This document shows, in pieces, positions 48,928 through 61,460 of a DNA stretch of 64,000 bases. Below the pieces are notes generated by a model that saw nothing but the letters and a program-made list of their open reading frames with translations, made no database searches and was not told where the DNA came from. Each line of letters starts with the position of its first letter. Positions within the stretch are counted from its first letter, which is position 1. Both the position numbers and the translations under genes were made by a program. This DNA comes from Callorhinchus milii (Eukaryota). The DNA lies in assembly GCF_018977255.1 (NCBI RefSeq), contig NW_024704742.1, positions 24,988,001 through 25,052,000 on the forward strand, read 5' to 3'.

Positions 48928-51900
48928 TGCATCATTTTAAAGCAATGGCTTCATTACAAAGGCTCTTATAACCACAGCGCAATGGCATTCAAACAAATAT
49001 CAGATCCCACAAATTCTATACAAGGTCTTATATAAAAAATAGTAAGATTCCTTGCATTTGACATATGTCTTATCATGTTGAAATGGCTCAAAAGACTTCA
49101 CGCAATTGTTAAATTAAGTGTGGTGACTGGATAATTTTAGTAGGCAAACGTGGTAGTCAATTTGTGCACAGTAATGTCCCACAAACAGCCCTGAAGCGAA
49201 TTACCAATTTTTTTTGAGGATTGTTGGCCAGGACATCAGGAGAAACTCCTTTCCATTTCAAAGCATGCCATTCGATCTTTGACGTCCACTGGAACAGACG
49301 GACGTAATCCCGGTTCAACATCACATCTGAAGCACAGTACCACTGGCAATGCAGTGCTCCCTTCAGCACTGCGCTGGAGGGTCATGCAAAATGATGTAAT
49401 GAAGAAGAAAACAAAAGAAAGACGAAAGAACATTTATAGAAGAAGTCCTGAAGCGTATTGGTTAGAGCACTCGCCTTGCAAGCAATAAGAAATCCTGCAT
49501 ATCAGACCCCAATTGTGTGGAGCTCTTTTTTCATGTGATGAGATGCTATTTTAAATGAATACATTAGTTTCACGGTGGTTCATGAAATCATTACCACTAG
49601 ATGATATTAGCATCTAGGATCCAGCACCAATTCTTTGCTGTATGTCAGGCATTTGTTCAGATGTCTGTTGTCCCAGAGGATTCCAGTAGAATTGCAGAGG
49701 GAGTCAATACATTTTCTAAATCATATTAAAAAAATGGGCAGGTACACCATTTAAGTAAATGAAATGCACACAGTTTAGAGGAATGATTATCTTCCTTACC
49801 TACAATGGTGGGGGGGGGGGTGGTTACTACAGTGTTGGAAGTGCCGTACTTCAGTTGAGATTTTAAACTGACATGCTTTCTGCCTCTTCAGCTAGACGTT
49901 AAAGATCCTATTGGACAATTTGAAAATAGAATGTAATTCCTCCCTGTATCTGGCCAATCTCCCAAAGGCTAAGACTATGTGGAATTTCAGGCATCTGGTG
50001 TCAGTGATGAGACTCTCTTTAAATCTAACTTTCCCTCCATTCCCTCTTTATCTTTAAATCCCACTTCTTTAACAGCGCCTATGGTCACCTCACCTTGCTC
50101 GACGTCCAACTATGCCTCTGTGCAACATGAGACACCATCCCATGTGAAGGACGCTATATATCCCCACTCTGCTCAGCTGACTCTGGCCTCCTGCTTGTCC
50201 CTTGTGCCCTCTGCTTCACCATCGGCGACCGTTCTTTCAGCTATTAGGTCCCAAAGCTTCGGAACCTTCTCCCCCTAATCCCTCTGCCTTGCTCCCTTCC
50301 TTCCCCTATTTTAGATCATGAATGAAGACCTTCCTCTTTGATCTCCCCCCCCCCACCCGAGCTCGGAGTCAGGCTCTGCCATTGTTAAGCACTCACTGCC
50401 CAGCATGAAAGGTGCTATATAAATCAAGTTGTTATTGTGTAAACACAAGCTGTGTAATTCCTGTGTGGAAAATGTCTTACTGTGGAATGGAAGGGAAAGG
50501 GAGGAAGAAAGGAGGGAGTGGAGACTCTTGTGGAGTACAAACACTGTACTCACAGACTGGTTGGGCTGAATGGTCTGTTTCGGTGCTGTACAGTCTATGT
50601 AAAATGCTTAAAATACACACAGGTGCAGAGTGGTGTTTGATATTAATCTCCTGTATCAATCCTATTAAAAAATCAAACAGCCACTACACCTACCCCAACA
50701 ACACCTTCTAGATGAAGAAAGGTCAACAGAGCAATATCATCCCAATAGGGTACAATTCCACAGTAAAACAATTCCTCCCAGATACAGTATCAAATAATGA
50801 ATGCAACTAATTGCAAGTATCCAGCGTGGGTTCATGACCTGCCTGCCCTGAACTTTGGAATAACAAAAGTCAGTCCTTAAAATCTCTTGCCAAAGGAGGA
50901 TCTATGCCTCAGAGTTTACAATACAACTTAAATATGTAAAATACTTTTGCTCCATCCATCTAGATGTATAATGTATACTTCAGAACATAAGAACATACGA
51001 ATTTGGCAGGCCAAAGAAAACCAAGGTTCACCCTGTTCGCATTCCACCATCCTGGCAGTGGCATGCACATGTCATGTCAAATGAGGGGAACAGGAGCGTT
51101 GGAGGCTCACGTGGAGTATAATACTAGCATGAACTGGGATGGCCAAATGGCTTGTTCCCATGCCTTATTACTCAACTTAACTAAAACCAAAGATATCATT
51201 TTTTTAACCGGATAGATAGTGAGCTACGTCCTGCACCTTACATGGTTGCCTTTTGATGAACATAGAAAACATTTAAAATTTCAATCTTTTCAACCACGTA
51301 TGAGTTTTCGATATCACCATTTTTTTCAATGGGTGAAAATTGGCAGAAAGAACAATTGTTCTAGTTTTTGTGGCATTGAGTGTTAGTGCCCCAACTCTCT
51401 GCTCTGCGTGTGGAGATTTCTTTGTCTGTATGAAGATGCAAGTCAGAAGATTGTGGGCTCAAGCCCCACAGTAGGACTGAACGCATATTGCCTGAACGAA
51501 AAGAGAAGCGAGTTTCTCCCAGTGTCCTGGCCAACAATCTCCCAAATAAACAAAAATCGTCATTCACTCCATGGCTGTTTATATAGGAACAGGAGGAGGC
51601 CATTCAGCACCTCGAGACTGTTCCTCCATTCTATTAGACATGACTGATCTCTACCTTAACTCTACCTTAACGCCAATTATAAAAAAATGTGGGACATCAC
51701 TGTGCACCCTTAATGTCTCAAAGCGCTACACAGAAATGAACGCAAGAGTGTAGTGACTGTAGATTTTGCAGGCGAATGCCGCAACTAATTTACGCTCAGC
51801 AATGCCTTACAAACAGTCATGAAGTGAGTGATTAATTTTATCTATTCTTTTAAGTTTAAGTGATCCATCCATTCGAATACAAAATACATTTGAATCCTAG

Positions 51901-51964
51901 TGATGCGTAGTAAGCAATGCGGCTGTGTGTTTAGCTGGGTTTGCAATGTGCTTGGCAATAATAT

Positions 51965-52302
51965 AATAATAATAATCAATGCATTTGATATAGCACGTTA
52001 GCACGTCATCTAGACAGAATTATATTATATTAGATTAAGTCTTCACAGAATATACTGTAAAGTGAATTGGGCACAGCAGCGTCCACAAACAGTCGTGGAT
52101 TGAGTGACCAAATTATTTTTTGGAGTGATTATTTTTCCTGGAAAAGTGATCCGGCAACTGACCAACAACCAGGTTCCTACTCACTGCTAGGTAAACAGGC
52201 GTGTGGAGCAAGCTAACTTGCCCAACGTTTTGCCCTGCCGGGAATCAAACTCAGGACTGTCTCTTGCCAGGCGAGCACTCTAACCACTGAGCTATAGGAC
52301 TC
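51965..52302 (-). mobile_element. tRNA-derived SINE, long subfamily, just upstream of the CASP6 promoter
   Basis: Same architecture with internal indels. Confidence 0.85.
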
Positions 52303-52443
52303 CGCTCCAATAGTACATATACCAAATGCAAAAATTATTATTATTATTAGCAGCGGTAGCTTGTCTCCTCTACTTTCAGCACTCAGACCTGCTCCCCACA
52401 ACATCAATCACTGTCCCGCACCCTGACTGACAGCTGCCCAGAG

Positions 52444-52531
52444 CCAATGTCAACTGAGAGGAGCCAGCCAGGCTGTGGGTGGGACTTCCTCAGCCAGCAG
52501 CTTCCAAGCCTTGTCCCAGATCCAGGAAGTG
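52444..52531 (+). promoter_or_regulatory. Candidate CASP6 proximal promoter motifs
   Basis: CCAAT at 52444, GGGACTTCCT at 52481 (NF-kB/ETS-like) and CAGGAAGTG at 52523 (ETS), in unique sequence just upstream of the inferred start codon. Confidence 0.4.
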
Positions 52532-52615
52532 AGTGAACGATCCATCGAAAGGAGAGAAAGAGACAGGTTCTGAGCAACAGGCAACACAACTGGGAGCACA
52601 AGGAAATTGGAAGCG

Positions 52616-52646
52616 ATGGCAACCAAGGAGCAGCCCCAGACAGCAG
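52616..52646 (+). CDS. CASP6: Caspase-6 probable first coding exon
   Basis: GCGATGG Kozak context, MATKEQPQTA, CAG|GTACTG phase-1 donor; length and phase resemble vertebrate CASP6 exon 1. Confidence 0.6.
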
Positions 52647-55033
52647 GTACTGAGATGTCAGCTAAAGCATCATTGAATGGGGAGGAGGGTGCAGTTAAAG
52701 GGCTTCTCCTTTTGTACTGCCCTCAGGCAGAGAGAGTGCAGCCTCTCTCGCTTGTCTTTCTTTGTCCTTTGTTTGTCTTATGGGGTTGGGATGATGACCA
52801 CTTGCCCAGGAAGCTGGTGTGTTGTAGCAATCCTTGTGTTTGATACACTGTGGCGCCATTATCATGCTGTCAAAGTGCTTCAGAGGGGATTCGCAGCGAA
52901 GCGCAGGGACTTGTGTATTTGGCGGTGAACAATTAGAAACCTGATAGGATTAATCTAGGACAACAACAAACAACAACTTGCATTTATACAGCTCCCCGCG
53001 CGCAGAGCAGCGTCTCAGAGCGCTTGACAGTGACAGAGCACCACGCCGAGCTTCGGGGAGGGGTGTGGCGCGGTCGGTGAGGGGGTGATGAACCGCAGGC
53101 ACGGTTCAAGAGGAAGGTCTTCAGACGCGACCCGAAGCTGGGGAAGGAGGAGGCAAGGCAGGGGGATTGAGGGAGAGTGCAACTTGAGTTTTGGGGCTCA
53201 GTAGCTGAAAGCGTGACCAACAACAAGTTCAAGACCAAGTTGTGATTTGACTTTTTAACTTGATTCTTAGATGATTTTTGCAACTGGAAGGATCAGATAA
53301 AACGAGAAAGCTTCCCCACTCACCTCGTTTTGTTTGGAAGGATTTAATTTTTTTATATACAGTATTCATATCAAAATATAAATGTTTTACAAATGAAACA
53401 ATATGTCTTATATTCGCTCAGCACGTCTACGTGTCACTGTGTGCACTGAATTTTGCTTATCTTTGATTTATGTAGAGTGCTATAGGACCCTGCTTTTACA
53501 ATACGATTTATATTTATAAAGCGTCTCAAAGGGCTTAACACATTTGGCTGGACACCCGAGCTGGGAGTGGAATACGAAGGGGGTAGAAAATGTCTCAAAG
53601 TGCTTGACAAATACAGTATTCACCCACAAAATATAGTCAATTCACTGTATAATCTGTGAAGCGCTTTGAGATGTATCAACGACTTGATGAGGCGCTATAT
53701 CAAAATCAAATACAAGGATTATTATATTGGACAGGGAATTGAGAGGTTTAAAGATGTTGATCAAAGGCAAAGTGATATGATTTTAGGAGGTTCTGAAAGT
53801 GAAAGAAAAAGTATCAATGCATTCCAGTGTGAGGCTTGAACTCACAACCTTCTATATCTAAAAGAGTGCTACTAGGTATACTACTATGTATACTGAGCCA
53901 GGCTGAATATTTTGTGGGCAAAATATGGCAGCCAGTTGTGAAACATTGACCTATATATGATTGATTGAATCTTCATTCAGTATAACAGTTGTACTGGATG
54001 TCACATCACTGCATGCATTATGCATTCCCCCCACTTCCTCAACTCTCCCCTTTCCCCCTCCAGCTCATATGCCCAGTTAGCTGTGTGAAATGCTTTGAAA
54101 CTTCCTCCCGATGTGAAATTTGCTGTAACAAATGCAATATATTATTATAATAAATTAAATATGTGATTGAGTGAGCGAGAATTATTTTCTGTTTTAGTCA
54201 TGCTCTTTGAGGGAAAGAAAGCATAGCTTAAAGTTGGCTGAAACCGCATAGTCCTAGTATCTGTTTTATCAGAATTTCCAGCATGCCTGTGATGGATTCT
54301 TTTAAAGAGTGCATCTTGAGCCAACACAAATCCTCTGGTGAAGAAATACAGAAGTAACATGCGGGGAGGCCGTGGAGAGATTTGTGCCGATTTGGAGCTG
54401 TATTTTAAGATGTTCTACATCTTGCGGCTTTCCTGAGGCATTTTCTTTTTCTTCAACATAATTAAAAGACGTGGTTGTGTACTTGACGTTGCAACTATTA
54501 GTTTAACAAACATTCTTTCTCCTAAACCTAAAGCTACACTTTTCCATTAAGTACTGTAGTTGTAGTATTGCTTTCCTTCTTCTCTACAGGTTTTGTGTAG
54601 TGACCCGTTTTTGTTGAAGGCTCCTATCTTGAGCAGTGACCCAGTTAATAATAAATTAATACTTGCATTTGCTATAGCACCTTTCATGTCAGGAAGACGT
54701 CTCAAGTGTTTCACGGGATATACTTCAAAGTGTAGTGACTTGGTATTTATGGGCAAATGCAGCAGCACATAGTAATGTCCCACAAATGGCCATGAAGTAA
54801 ATGACCAATTTTATTTGGGGGATTGTTGGCCTGGGAGATTGGGAAAAAAATCCCTTTTCTTTTCAAATAGTGCCATGGGATCTTTAATGATTTCCTCGAT
54901 TTACCGCTTCATCCGAAAGAATACAACTTTGGCAATACAACTCCCACCCAGCCGAGACTATGAGTTCAAAGTCCCATTGTGGGGTTAAACGCATAACCTT
55001 GTGTCTCAAAAGGTGAGAGTGATATGGAAGTGC

Positions 55034-55360
55034 AATAATAATAATAATAATAATAATCCTTGCATTTGATATAGCGCTTTTCACGTCGGGAGGACGTCCC
55101 AAAGCGCTTCACAGAATATACTGTAAAGTGAATTGACTGTATATTTGTGGGCGAACGCGGCAGCCAATTGCGCACAGCAATGTCCCACAAACAGTCGTAG
55201 ATTGAAAATAACCAATTTATTATTGTTTTGGGTTTTTTGGAGGGATTATTATTAGGCGTGTGGAGTAAGGAAACTTGCCCAAGGTTTCGCCCTGCCTGGA
55301 ATTGAACCCAGGTGTCTTGCTTGCAAAGCAAGTGCTCTAACCACTGAGCTACAGGACTCC
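55034..55360 (-). mobile_element. Full-length tRNA-derived SINE, short subfamily
   Basis: Same architecture, CpGs intact, so likely a young copy. Confidence 0.92.
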
Positions 55361-58032
55361 GAAATGCTGGCAGGTTAGCTATATGCAGTACCAGCTATTG
55401 CTCTTCACAAAAAAGGGAGACGTTATGTCTGAATACAATGCAACAGCGTAGCTCTGACCAGCACCTGGTATCAAAGTTGCTGAGTTGCGTCTGTATTGCA
55501 TCTTAAGTTTCAATTTGATCAATCAAAAGTTTTGTTTAATTTTCCTTCTTCAAACCCCATCGTTCGCATTTCCAGCAGAGCTGATTTGACAAGAATTCAG
55601 AAAAAAATGTGTGGTGCAAGTCGTTTTTTGTTTGCACACCAATTATCCTCTCCTGCTGATATCTGATACTGCTCCAGATAAAGGTTGCATAAACCGGTTG
55701 TGCTTCTTCATTGCATGTCTTAAGACTGAGAAAAACATTTAGTATGTGACACTGAAGCAGGTGATGATAATGAGTTGTAACACAGCAGAATAGCTCTGTT
55801 TCTAGCAATTTTACTACACTTGTACACAGATGAGAAGCAGGCTGGCAAAGTAATTCATACTCCCAGATTTCTAAGTCTCCGAGATATCCACTGATTCAGT
55901 TAAGGAAGCACTCTGTTACGACGTATTAAAATATTGTGATCAAAAACAACATTGTTTGCAAAAACCTGTCATGTCTTGCATTCGCTCTCTTTCTCCATCC
56001 CCTTCCTTGTTTCTTTTACTTTTCCCCTTCACTCACTGATGTTTTTCTCTGTTGTAATCCAGGACAAAGGAGCTATAATAGTGACACTTCCCTTCAGGGA
56101 GAATAAGTAATAGGTTGACGTCCTCACTCCGGGATGGAACACATCCTGTTGAAGGGTTTAAAAAACACAGATCTAGTGCTGTAATGAACATTGAAATCAA
56201 GGAACGACTATGCCACTCTCAGCTTGCCGCACTCCCCAACGTTTCCCAACACAAGCTGCAGACTGTGTAGAACTCTGCACCTCATGTCTTTGCCCGCAAG
56301 CCTATCACCCTCCCCCCATCCTTGCCCGGCTCCATTGACTACCTACCCTCCTCAAATCCTACCTACCCGGCAGCACCTGCTTCATGTCCCTCACCCTATC
56401 TGCCCCACCATTCAATTTTTCTCCTCCACTCTCTGGAACTCCATCCAAGAGTCCCTCCGACTCGCTCGGTGTCCTATCTCGTTCAAGGTCCATCTCAAGA
56501 CCTACCTCTTTGACTGCGCGTTTGGTTGTCTTTCACCTCCTCGCCCTCTTCAGCTCCCACCCCCAGCTCGAGTGCCACACCAGTACTTTTAAGTGTCTTG
56601 GGACGAGCTCTCAATGTGAAAGACATTAATATAAATGTAAATTTGTAAGGATACTTGGGAGGAAAATAGGTACAGGAGGAGGACATTTGGCCTGCTTGGC
56701 CTATTTATTAAATCATGCAGATTGTTTAATCCTATTTCTGTGCTACTTTTCCATACTCCTTAATATCCTTACCTCCTATCTACCAACCCACCTACAAAAA
56801 CAATAACAACTTGCATTTTTATAGAGTTCTTCACGTGGGGTAGCATTTTTCACATGGGGTAGCATGCTGGAGCCCTACCTACCTACTGACCTACCTACCT
56901 ACCCACCCACCCACAGCGACCTGCTCACATGACCTGCTATTCAGTTGACGGCTATCCACAGATTTCATACCTGCAATTCTAACTTTCAAACTTTCACTCT
57001 GTGAAGTCAAACGTAAGGAAATTTCAGCTGAATAGAGACGCACACAGGTAGAAAAATCAGCTACAGTAGCATAAGAACTCAAGAGCATTTGCTTGCTCCA
57101 GGCTATTAATATTTCTACTGTGCTTTATTATAGGTATGTAGAGTTCAAAATCCTCGCTTTGCCTTCAAGGCTTTCCACGGCCTTGCCCCTCCCTATCTCT
57201 ACGACCTGCTGACCAGCTTGTTATCACTCCATATCTCCCGCCACTCAGCAGGTTCTAGCCTGTTCCATGTCCCCCGCCTGGCCCGCCCCTCCATCGATGG
57301 TTGGGCCTTCAGCCTTTCTGCATCCACCCTATGGAACTCCATCCCACATTCCCTTCACCTCGCTCCCTCCTTTCAAGGCGTGTCTCAAAACCCTCCTCTT
57401 CGACCGAGTCTTCAGCCACCCTCCCTGTCCTCCACGCCCACCCTGATCCCGACCCCCAGCTTGGGTCGAAATCCAACACCTTGGGACATCTCCCGACGTG
57501 AAAGGCGCTATACAAATGTCATTTTCTATTCTATTATATTTGTAGCAATATTGTTACAAGAACGGAACTTTGAATTTCACTCGACAAACAGATGCATCTC
57601 GTTGAACAACTGAGAAGGTCCTAGTTTCAATTTCTCTTTCTCTTCTCCTCCTCACTCCCCTGCTTCTGGTTCCTGTGGGGCATTGGCTGATCTCAGCCGG
57701 GCTAGTGGGTTGGGTGACCTTGGCTCTCTTGGCTAGAGAGGGGGGAAATCAGCCAATGCTCCTGGAGAGACAAGGGATTTGAACACTGTACAAACACTTG
57801 TTCCTGATCCTACGGTTATTGGCTTCCTGGAAACTTGTGCAGAAATTCTCCTCAAGAGATTAAAGTGGATTTGAGGTATGGGTGGGGAGATGGGAGGTCG
57901 CATTGAATTAGATTGGCCTTTTCTCCCCTCTCTCCCTCGCTCTTCTATTCTTCCCCCTCCCTTTCCTTCCTTCCTTTTCTCCCTTCTGAACGTGATCTAT
58001 TCAATTACTCTTTATGAATTGTTTATTTTTAG

Positions 58033-58077
58033 GTATTGTAACTCAAGACAGTAAGTCTGCTGATGGAAACGCTAATG
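58033..58077 (+). CDS. CASP6: Caspase-6 probable extra prodomain exon (alternative donor after 58050)
   Basis: TTATTTTTAG acceptor, [15 protein letters not shown]; donors GTAAGT at 58051 and GTGAGT at 58078, both phase 1. Confidence 0.6.
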
Positions 58078-58998
58078 GTGAGTTTCCCATTTTTTTCTTT
58101 TTAATAATAATAATAATAATCCTTGAATTTGATATAGAACCTTATCACAATGCTGAGACGTCCCAAAGCCCTTCACAGAATATATTGTAAAGTGGATTGA
58201 CTGTGTATTTTGTGGGCAAAATTTGGCAGCTAATTGTGCACAACAGTGTCCCTCCCACAAACAGTCGTGGAGTGAGTGACAACATTCTTTTTTTTGGAGA
58301 GATTATTACCTCCCAGAAAGTGATCTGCCGATCGACTAACAACTGGGTTCCTACTTTACTGCTACATAAAGAGAGACATCATTTTTGTGAATGATGGGAA
58401 ATTGACTTAAAATATACAGCACATTCCTATGCTTTCCTGGTTAAAATTGTAAGCTACTGTGGCGAGATGCTGAAGAAAATTCAGTAACAGCTTTTACGAA
58501 ACCAACTCATTGGGAGTTAGGAGATGCCATCCAGCATGAGTGGTGCTATATAAATGGAAGTTGTTGTTACGATCAATGGTCGCTGTGCTCAATAGTCAAA
58601 ATAATAATTAATCCTCGGGTTTGTGGTAGCGCCTCTCAAGTTGGGAGGATGTCTTAAAGTGCTTCCCAGAATTTACGGTAAAGAGTAATGACTATTTTTT
58701 TTACACACACTGTCCTTGTTCAGGTCTTGCGTTTGTTCAGCTTTATTTAGTTTCCTTGTTCAGATATTAAAGACACACTAATATTCCGATTAGCCCAAAA
58801 CTCTGGAACACTCTCCCTCAATCCTTCCACCTTGCCCCCTCCTACCTCATCTTCACGTCACCTTCCTCTTACGTTTACCCTCCCCCTAATCACATCATGC
58901 TCCGCCACTGTTAAGCATTCTGAGGTAACTAAACTAATGTCCGCTGAGCAGAGACGAGAGTACCAGAGTGCTCAGTAATTTGCTTCTTTTTTTTTCAG

Positions 58999-59047
58999 TG
59001 GGTAAAGCAAATGTCGCAGAAGTTGATTTTCTGCCGCCTATCCAAAG
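58999..59047 (+). CDS. CASP6: Caspase-6 prodomain exon with cleavage-site Asp
   Basis: Strong T-tract plus CAG acceptor, GKANVAEVDFLPPIQ; AEVD is positionally equivalent to human TETD. Phase 1-2 fits the next exon. Confidence 0.8.
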
Positions 59048-59412
59048 GTATGAGATGCTTTTTTTGTATTTCACATTTTTAGAGTTTGTGTCTTATTCCT
59101 ATTATGTAGGTATACTGCTCTATGATTACTTTTATATTAGATTTTGATATTTATAGGATTCCACTGAAAACTAAAATCCGTTAACTAGCTACTCTGGTGG
59201 TTGCGGGATACAGTTTACTTGGATTTTCAGTTGTTATTTCATCAAAATTCGAACGAGCTGATGAAATTCATGGCAAATTAGCTCACTGAGTTGCAAATTT
59301 GCTGAGCAGTAAAATAATAATAATTCTTGCATGTGAAATGTGTGGAGGATGTCTTGAAGAGCTTCACAGGATTTACTGTGTATTTTATAGGTAGGTGAAT
59401 GAGAAGCAGAGT

Positions 59413-60345
59413 ACATAAGAGCGTAAGAAATAGGAGCAGGAGAAGGCCGTTCGGCCTCTCGAGCCTGCCTCGCCATTTAATAAGATCATGGCTGATCTTC
59501 TAACCTAATTTAATTTACCCGGCCTATCCCCATATCCTTTAATCCTTAAGGTTTTAAAAGTCTATCAACCTCATTCTTGCATAGGTTCAAGGACTGAGCA
59601 TCCACAGCCTTCTGGGGTAAAGAATTCCATAAATTCACTACTCTCTGAGTAAAGAAATGTTTTCTCAACTCAGTTCTAAAAGGCTGACCTTTAATCCTGA
59701 GGCTATGACCCCTAGTTTTAGATTCTCCAACCAGGGGAAACAGCCTCACAGCATCCACCCTGTCAAGACCTTTAAGAATCTTATAGGTTTCTATAAGATC
59801 ACCTCAATTCTTCTATGTTCTAGAGAATATAGGCCTAGTCTTCTCAATCTCTCCTCGTAGGTCAACCCCCTCATCCCAGGAACCAACTTAGTGAACCTAC
59901 ATAGCAACCCCTCTAAAGCGAGAATATCCTTTCTTAGATAAGGAGACCAAAACTGCGGTCTCACCAAGGCCCTATACAATTGCAGCAAGACTTCCCTATT
60001 CTTGTACTCCCTTGTAACCCCTTTGCAATAAACGGTAACATGCTGTTAGCTTTCCTAATTGCTTGCTGTACCTGCATACTAACTTTCTGTGATTGGTGTA
60101 CAAAGTGACCTAAATCCTTCTGAATACTAACACTACCTAGTCTCTCCCACTCTAGAAAATAATATGCTTTTGTATTTTTTCTACATAGGTGAATAACTTC
60201 ACACTTCTCCACATTCTACTCCATCTGCCACCTTCTTGCCCACTCACTTAACCTGTCTATATCCCTTTGCATCCTCCTTGTGTCCTCCTCACAGCTTACT
60301 TTCCCACTTAGCTTTGTATCGTCCCCGAATTTAGATACATTCAGT
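59413..60345 (-). mobile_element. CR1-clade LINE 3' fragment
   Basis: Frameshifted ORF2 C-terminus EKCEVIH, LYRALVRP..FWSPYLRKDILALE, YEERLRRLGLYSLE, TRGHSL..FFTQRVVNLWNSLP, then CR1-type 3' UTR. Smaller CR1 remnants near 11210-11468, 28265-28520 and 42175-42550. Confidence 0.92.
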
Positions 60346-61092
60346 ATCTAATAATAGTGAATGGAGAAAAGCCTGTCTGGGGGCAAGTGAGTAGTGAGTT
60401 CTTCTGCTGTTCGACACTATTCACTTGGAGGGAAAACACTTATTGTGAATATAAAATTTACTCTTCATCCCAAGCTATGAACAATACATCTCATTCAAAA
60501 AGATCATAATCAGTTAAGTAGATGGGCCAAAGAATGGCAGATGAAGTATAATGGACACAAATTTGTGTGAGCTCTGCTGTCTCAACGGCTTGTTTAAAGA
60601 GGGTCGTTAACATGAATCATTATCGACAAAGTTGCACAAAGTATAATCTCATGACAAGAGCATTTGACGATGGGTCACAGTAAGTTTCACTGGATTGCTG
60701 GTCAGGCTAAGTTTGAATGTCAGGTGGGGTTTTACGCATGCAGTGCTTAGCAATTGCATTGCTCTGTAATATTTTAACCTGGATTTTATTGCTACACAAG
60801 TTACTAACCTTTGGTTTATGAATGTAAAACTGCAAAGATATCGGACTGATGATTTGAGATTAGGAAGTCCACATTCCTCTTGTAACATGCCAATTTGCTT
60901 CACAAAATTAAAGTGAAAGTACCTGTGGGATTTAACACAAAGCAACATGAATCTATGAATCATAGGTTTTACCACACCGAATAAAGTTATTGTTGATTCT
61001 GTACTGGCTCTCTATAAAAGCTTTCCATTTAGTAGCGATTCTATACATTTCTTTTTCAAATATTTGTTTAAGTCCATTTTAAAAGCTTCTTA

Positions 61093-61460
61093 TAATAAAC
61101 CTTGCATTTGATATAGTGCCTTATCACGTGTTCAAGATGTTTCAAAGTGCTTCACAGTATATACTGTAAAATTAATTAACTGTATATTTTATGTGTGAAA
61201 CGTGGCAGCCAATTGCGCACAGCAGTGTCCTATAAACAGTCATAGATTGAGTGACCAAATTATTTTTTTTGAGGGATTATTACCCCTGGAAAAGCGATCC
61301 ACCAATCGACTAACAATTGGGTTCCTCTTACTGCTAGGTAAATTAAACAGAGGCATGTGGAGTAAGGAAACTTGCCCAACATTTCACCCTGCCCGGGAAT
61401 CAAACCCAGGTCCTCTCGCTTTGCGAGGTGAGTGCTCTAACCACTGAGCTACAGGACTCC
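61093..61460 (-). mobile_element. Full-length tRNA-derived SINE, long subfamily
   Basis: Same architecture. Further partial copies near 1170, 10776, 13295, 15460, 20005, 22224, 30865, 44030, 53620, 58103, 61870 and 62983. Confidence 0.9.
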
